64,000 bases of DNA, taken from the IMG/VR virus record IMGVR_UViG_3300011890_000001, positions 192,001 to 256,000 of that record; one strand, written 5' to 3'. The stretch is from a virus. Its lineage: Duplodnaviria > Caudoviricetes. Shown here in pieces: positions 59,278 to 64,000 of this stretch; positions within the stretch are counted from its first letter, which is position 1, and each line of letters opens with the position of its first letter. The position numbers and the translations under genes are program-made. A model generated the notes under the pieces. The model made no database searches and had not been told where the DNA came from. It saw nothing but the letters and a program-made list of their open reading frames with translations.

Positions 59278-59332
59278 ACGGTCGAGCTTATCTATAAGTC
59301 CCTCGGGATCGTCAAACAGGAAAGCGTGAACC

Positions 59333-61594
59333 ATGGATCATTTTGTTAATCCGTCAACTGAGTACCGCCGCCAATACAACCTGACGGATACATACCTGCA
59401 TGACGCCGCCCGCTATCTCAGCACCATGCGCGATATCTCCTTCGAGGAAGCGCTGGCTGAAGTGAAGGCCATTACCTCCGAACCTGAGTACGCGCTCAAA
59501 GATCCGGAAGTACTGGCCCTGTACCGCGGTGAGAACGGTGATCGTACCCAAACGGTAACTACCTTTAATGGTTTCATCAATGACGTCTTTGACGGCAGCG
59601 AAATGCTCGCGCCGAATCTGACGTCTTTCGTACCGCCGGAAAAGGAAGTATCCCTTCTGGCGTTGTACATTGACGGCAACTTGACACTGCGCAAGAAGGC
59701 CAAGCACCAGATGTTCACGTACAAAATGGCGGGTGACGACGCCATGGCGAACATCTACAACTCGATGCAGACGACGTACAAGATCAAGAACAATGCGCTG
59801 TCGGGTGCACACAGTTCCCCTTATACGCCGCTGTGGAACAAGTCGAGTCATAGCACCCTGACCTCCACCTGCCGTGTGGCTACTTCCTACGGCAATGCCA
59901 ATAATGAGAAGTTCCTTTACGGGAATCGTCATTACTACACTCCAGACATTGCAAGACAAAACATCATTTCGATCGTCAACCACAGCGATCTGGAGAAGAT
60001 GTCTGAAGTCATGTTGAAGTACGGGCTGGTTCCGCCCAATGACGGCCACTTGCGTCAGCTGTTGGTGCGCTGCACCGAAAATTACTGGAACGATATCAAG
60101 GAGATGGATCGCCTTGTGGAGCTCGTCAGTCGACTCACTCCGATGGAAAAGGCGGCTTTCGCTTACACCTCCGACCTCTACCATCTGTCAGTTGTCAACG
60201 ACGGATTCGTTCGTGAGTTCCTGGGGCGACTGTCTAAACACGTCTCCGAACCGCTCCCGCTTGAAGAGGCGGACGTGTGGGTAAAGAAGATGGACGGCAA
60301 CATGGAGGCCTTCATCTTCATGCTTTGCTCTAAGGAACTGGCAGGTGGTACGATGTCCGATGCCCTGGGGGATAAGTCCAACCAGAAGCTTCGTGACGTT
60401 CGTCCGGCAGACTACGGCCGCATTGCTGCGACCGCCAAGAACGCCATCGAAACCCTGGACCATTACGCTGACTTCATCCGTACGTTCTGGGTGACGGATA
60501 ACCTGCCATCCTCGGTGTTCTCACTGCCGAGTATTGTCCGTAAGTCCGCTGTAACCTCCGATACTGACTCGACCATCTTCACCGTGCAGCACTGGACCAC
60601 CTGGTATCGTGGTCAATTGGACTTCAGTAAGGAATCCGAAGACATTGCCTCGACCATGTTCTATTTGGCAGGTCAGCTGATTCGACATATCCTCGCCACT
60701 ACGTCCGGTACCATGGGCGTTTCGACTAAGCACGTTAATCGCTTGTCGATGAAGAACGAGTACTACTTCCCGGTGTTCAGCCTGACCAGCCGAGCCAAGC
60801 ACTATTACGCCTTCCGTGCAGCACAGGAAGGTAACGTGCTGAAGGAACTCGAACTGGAAGTGAAGGGTGTGGCTCTGCGCAGTTCGAAGGTACCGCCGAG
60901 CATTACGGCCCGCGCGCACGAACTCATCAAGTTCATCATGCGTGAGGTCATGGCTGGTCGAAAGCTGAAGTTGCGTGAACTGCTAGCCTTCGTTGGCGAG
61001 ACTGAGGAGATGATCATCAAGGGTGTCTTTGATGGTAAATCCGAACTGCTGTCGCGCGTACAGGTCAAGGAAGCAGCAGCCTATAAGGTGCCCGAGTCCT
61101 CACCGCTTGTCCATTACGACATGTGGGAAACTGTATTTGCTCCCAACTACGGCAATGCTCCGTCTCCGCCGTACGGTGCCGTCAAGGTGCCCGTGGATCT
61201 GGGTAACAAGCGATCCGTGCGTAAATGGTTGGACACCATGGACAGCCCTGCTATCTCCGACCGCATGGAGAAGTGGATGGAGGCCAAGGGTAAGGATGGC
61301 TTCAGCATGATGATCCTTCCTGACGAAGTGATGTCCGTCCACGGTATCCCACGCGAAATCCAACAGATCGTTAACATCCGCCCGCACGTTGCGGAAATGA
61401 TGGAGTCGTTCTACCTCATTCTGGAATCAGTGGGGTATTTCTTGCGTAATGCAAATAACACCCGCCTGGTCTCTGATGAGAAGGATGCCTACGCAGGTGT
61501 TAAGATTCCGGAAGCGTTGCGTAAAGCGACGAATAAGGATAACCTTACCCCGGGAGATCTGGAGCTGGAAGACGAGGAAGAGGAAGAGATGTAA
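59333..61594 (+). CDS. family B DNA polymerase, polymerase-domain subunit of the split enzyme (phiKZ gp50-like)
   Basis: Q..YKIKNNALSG (motif B), SDTDST (motif C), MKNEYYF, KHYY, EVKGV; no exonuclease motifs seen; acidic tail. Confidence 0.92.
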   Translation: MDHFVNPSTEYRRQYNLTDTYLHDAARYLSTMRDISFEEALAEVKAITSEPEYALKDPEVLALYRGENGDRTQTVTTFNGFINDVFDGSEMLAPNLTSFVPPEKEVSLLALYIDGNLTLRKKAKHQMFTYKMAGDDAMANIYNSMQTTYKIKNNALSGAHSSPYTPLWNKSSHSTLTSTCRVATSYGNANNEKFLYGNRHYYTPDIARQNIISIVNHSDLEKMSEVMLKYGLVPPNDGHLRQLLVRCTENYWNDIKEMDRLVELVSRLTPMEKAAFAYTSDLYHLSVVNDGFVREFLGRLSKHVSEPLPLEEADVWVKKMDGNMEAFIFMLCSKELAGGTMSDALGDKSNQKLRDVRPADYGRIAATAKNAIETLDHYADFIRTFWVTDNLPSSVFSLPSIVRKSAVTSDTDSTIFTVQHWTTWYRGQLDFSKESEDIASTMFYLAGQLIRHILATTSGTMGVSTKHVNRLSMKNEYYFPVFSLTSRAKHYYAFRAAQEGNVLKELELEVKGVALRSSKVPPSITARAHELIKFIMREVMAGRKLKLRELLAFVGETEEMIIKGVFDGKSELLSRVQVKEAAAYKVPESSPLVHYDMWETVFAPNYGNAPSPPYGAVKVPVDLGNKRSVRKWLDTMDSPAISDRMEKWMEAKGKDGFSMMILPDEVMSVHGIPREIQQIVNIRPHVAEMMESFYLILESVGYFLRNANNTRLVSDEKDAYAGVKIPEALRKATNKDNLTPGDLELEDEEEEEM

Positions 61595-61603
61595 GTTCGA
61601 CGA

Positions 61604-61646
61604 CATAAGCGCAGCAGCCGAGCCCCTGGGGCTCGGCTGCTGCGCT
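61604..61646. terminator. long hairpin between convergent genes
   Basis: CATAAGCGCAGCAGCCGAGCCC...GGGCTCGGCTGCTGCGCT. Confidence 0.75.
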
Positions 61647-61650
61647 GCTG

Positions 61651-62736
61651 TTACAGCAAAGGTCGAATACCTTGATTGATTCTGACGGTGACCGCATTGT
61701 AGAGATCCGACGGCAGTCGGCTCACCAACGCCCTATTGCTGTCCAAGTAATCCAGCTGGCGGCTGAGGTAGTTGAGGTACTTGCCGTTGACTTGATTGTC
61801 GGTTTCGTGGTTGTAGTTTACTAGCCACTCAACCCAATCCAACCGGGCCATCAGTACAGCCCATTGTAGTTGAACCGTGTACGCCATTTCCGGCAACCGC
61901 AGGACGTGGTGCATGTTCTCGGCAAACACAGTCGGGATGTTCTGAATGGTAGTATCGAACGTCCAACGGCGATTCTGTCCGTAATAGAGAAAGCGCTCCA
62001 TTACGCGATCAACCTCATTTTCCCAGTTAGTGATGAAGAACGTATGCTTGTAGTCCTCACGAACATTGGGTGCGCGGTTGTAGATATTGAGCATCCGATT
62101 AAACAGCGCGATGTCCACATAGCTATCCAGCATGTTGGGGATAGCGTACATCTGAAGGAACTGTCCGATGTTCTGGGGTGAGTCATCTACGATGTTTTGC
62201 GATTTTCTCCACTGGCGGTACTGTACCGCCAGCATGGGAATGTTGACCGTAATGACAGAAACGCCCGGAGTCTTCGCTTTATAGATACCATCGGCCAGCG
62301 GATAAGTCAGGGAGCTCATTGGATGCCAGAGATACCGGATCGGCGAAAGTTCTTGCCAATTCGTCTCAGCCTGAGAAACGTCCCAGTCGTCACTGGTAGC
62401 AACTAGAATCTCGTTAGAACTGGAGCCTAGAAAAGCACCAGGTTGCCAGAGCTTGCCGCGACTCATCGCTGATGTCATTTGTAGCGACTGTGTAAAAAGC
62501 AACGCCTGCGACCCAATGATGTAGTTAAACCGCTCCAAGTCCATTGACGTAGAAATGGGCAGCGAATTTACAAGACGGTGCAGGAAGTGCCCACCGATCA
62601 ACCAGCGGGGATTAGCCCTGCGGTGATCCTTGATCTTTCTGACGGTCTGGCGGATACCGTCTTGAATGCGCCTGAACTCTGGGAAGGTGATACCTCCCCC
62701 AAAGTTCATTGGCGATTCGTGGATGAGTTGATGCAT
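61651..62736 (-). CDS. conserved virion protein (phiKZ gp52-like)
   Basis: VNIPMLAVQYR.W, Y..PNML.S..DIA.FNR motifs; lies between polymerase and chimallin; late motif upstream. Confidence 0.7.
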   Translation of the reverse strand: MHQLIHESPMNFGGGITFPEFRRIQDGIRQTVRKIKDHRRANPRWLIGGHFLHRLVNSLPISTSMDLERFNYIIGSQALLFTQSLQMTSAMSRGKLWQPGAFLGSSSNEILVATSDDWDVSQAETNWQELSPIRYLWHPMSSLTYPLADGIYKAKTPGVSVITVNIPMLAVQYRQWRKSQNIVDDSPQNIGQFLQMYAIPNMLDSYVDIALFNRMLNIYNRAPNVREDYKHTFFITNWENEVDRVMERFLYYGQNRRWTFDTTIQNIPTVFAENMHHVLRLPEMAYTVQLQWAVLMARLDWVEWLVNYNHETDNQVNGKYLNYLSRQLDYLDSNRALVSRLPSDLYNAVTVRINQGIRPLL

Positions 62737-62937
62737 GGCTTCCTCGATTAAGGTTTTCGGGATCGAAAGAATTAGTCATAGTATTTCAAGGCTAGAGTCA
62801 GGTTGATGTAATTTTTAACTAGACTCGCCTTATCGTGTAGAACTCGTCCCCCGTCGCATCGAAAGATGCACGGTTTCATTTGGGATGTATAATTTCCGTC
62901 CAGCTGAAGAGCTGGCTTTTGGAAATGGGATTGAAAG

Positions 62938-62960
62938 AAATTTCAAGACCAAACTATAAC
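62938..62960 (+). promoter_or_regulatory. putative early promoter of chimallin
   Basis: AAATTTCAAGACCAAACTATAAC about 80-100 nt upstream of the ATG. Confidence 0.55.
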
Positions 62961-63035
62961 CCTGGTAAGTAAGGACTAAATAAAGATCCCTCTGCTACCT
63001 AACCACCCCAAAGTTGTATTCAAGGAACAAATCTC

Positions 63036-64000
63036 ATGTCGAACGTCAATCGCGGCAACAACAACACCGGCTCCATCGGCGACCAGATCTCCCAGAGCTT
63101 CGGTACCACCTTCAACAACACCACCGGCGCCCAGACTGCCGAAGGTAACGAGCGCGCCGGCCGTGGCGATCGCAGCCGCGTCAGCGACCGCGGTGGCTCC
63201 AACGTGCTGATGCGCCTGGCCACCGGCCAGAACCGTACCCGCCCGCAGGCTGACCTGGAAGCCTTCCGTCAGCGCCTGGAAGAGTCCATCGGCCGCGGCT
63301 TCGCCAAAAGCGCCGTAGTGTCCAATGCTTCGGATGTCAAGGTGATCCTGCTGGATCGCGGCAACACCAAGTACAAGCTGGACCTGATCGCCGCCATCCT
63401 GCCGGTGTCCGCCGACGGCAAGGACCACATGGTGGTCCACACCCTGCTGGTCGCCGACGCCTCGGATCGCTACGACAACGCCACCTGGTCTGTTGCCGGC
63501 GAGCGCTTCGAGTACACCCGCGTGGTGGGCGATGCCTACAGCGAAGAACTGACCGGCCGCCTGGAAGCCCGCATCGCCGCCATCAGCGGCAACACCAAGG
63601 CCGTCTTCGTTGACGCCGGCCACCAGTCGATCCCGGGTGGTGTCGATCTGAAGAACGAAGCCATGGTCGACAAGCTGGCGTTCTTCGTCACCGAAGCCCT
63701 GACCCGTACCGCCAAGGCGCAGGTCCTGGACGAAGTCGACGACATCATCACCCTCGGCCTGCTGAAGCAGGTGGGTACCCCGACCCTGGACATGACCTTC
63801 AGCGGCACCCCGCTGGAAAACGTCCTGGAACTGCCGGTTCGCGCCGACATCGTCACCACCCTGCGCTACATCGAGGGTAACGGCGACCGCAACGACAACC
63901 AGCAGAACCGCGCCTTCGAAGACGGCACGGACATGTCGATGGGCCTGGTGGGTGCCTACGTGGACCTGTCGTTCGAAGCACCGGAATCGGCCGGCTTCGG
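63036..64000 (+). CDS. chmA: chimallin, phage-nucleus shell protein (5' part; open past the window end, absent from ORF track)
   Basis: hand translation MSNVNRGNNN...VHTLLV...GDAY...VDAG...LPVRADI...GAYVDL; AAGGA RBS; extreme codon bias; synteny with polymerase and gp52-like gene. Confidence 0.85.
   Translation, partial: MSNVNRGNNNTGSIGDQISQSFGTTFNNTTGAQTAEGNERAGRGDRSRVSDRGGSNVLMRLATGQNRTRPQADLEAFRQRLEESIGRGFAKSAVVSNASDVKVILLDRGNTKYKLDLIAAILPVSADGKDHMVVHTLLVADASDRYDNATWSVAGERFEYTRVVGDAYSEELTGRLEARIAAISGNTKAVFVDAGHQSIPGGVDLKNEAMVDKLAFFVTEALTRTAKAQVLDEVDDIITLGLLKQVGTPTLDMTFSGTPLENVLELPVRADIVTTLRYIEGNGDRNDNQQNRAFEDGTDMSMGLVGAYVDLSFEAPESAGF

Noticed and set aside
62900-62926. CTGAAGAG...GAAA as a hammerhead ribozyme core
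   Set aside because: No stem II between the motifs; CTGAAGAG lies inside a simple hairpin
62976-63859. Minus-strand ORFs at the window end
   Set aside because: Antisense to the open chimallin frame starting at 63036
1-64000. CRISPR array, rRNA, tRNA, IS element or genetic-code reassignment
   Set aside because: No regularly spaced repeats, cloverleafs or transposases noticed; core genes are full-length in the standard code

Overview
This 64-kb window is part of a phiKZ-like, nucleus-forming jumbo phage genome (chimallivirus), GC-rich with strongly biased codons. Host and exact phage cannot be determined from the window. Recognisable core genes in order: UvsX/RecA-like recombinase; virion RNA polymerase (vRNAP) beta C-terminal piece; tail-tip protein and 2690-aa tape-measure/lytic transglycosylase; vRNAP beta' (DFDGD) and beta subunits, a probable beta' C-terminal piece and the prohead protease; tail tube, tail sheath, three virion proteins and large terminase; PhuZ tubulin; family-B DNA polymerase subunit; and the 5' part of chimallin, which runs off the window end and is missing from the ORF track. 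phiKZ gp numbers are from recalled motifs and synteny, not database searches. Most worth follow-up: (1) two ~190-200-nt, densely base-paired non-coding elements (9143-9350, 59012-59243) plus shorter structured leaders; (2) ten consecutive small genes after phuZ that seem to share one architecture; (3) a second, L,D-peptidase-like (DUF5675-type) catalytic domain fused to the tape-measure protein; (4) an AT-rich island with a perfect 30-bp palindrome; (5) two paralogous minimal nucleotidyltransferases in an accessory block; (6) intergenic hairpins that end in TTATG rather than a U-tract. No tRNA, rRNA, CRISPR array, intron or intein was recognised.
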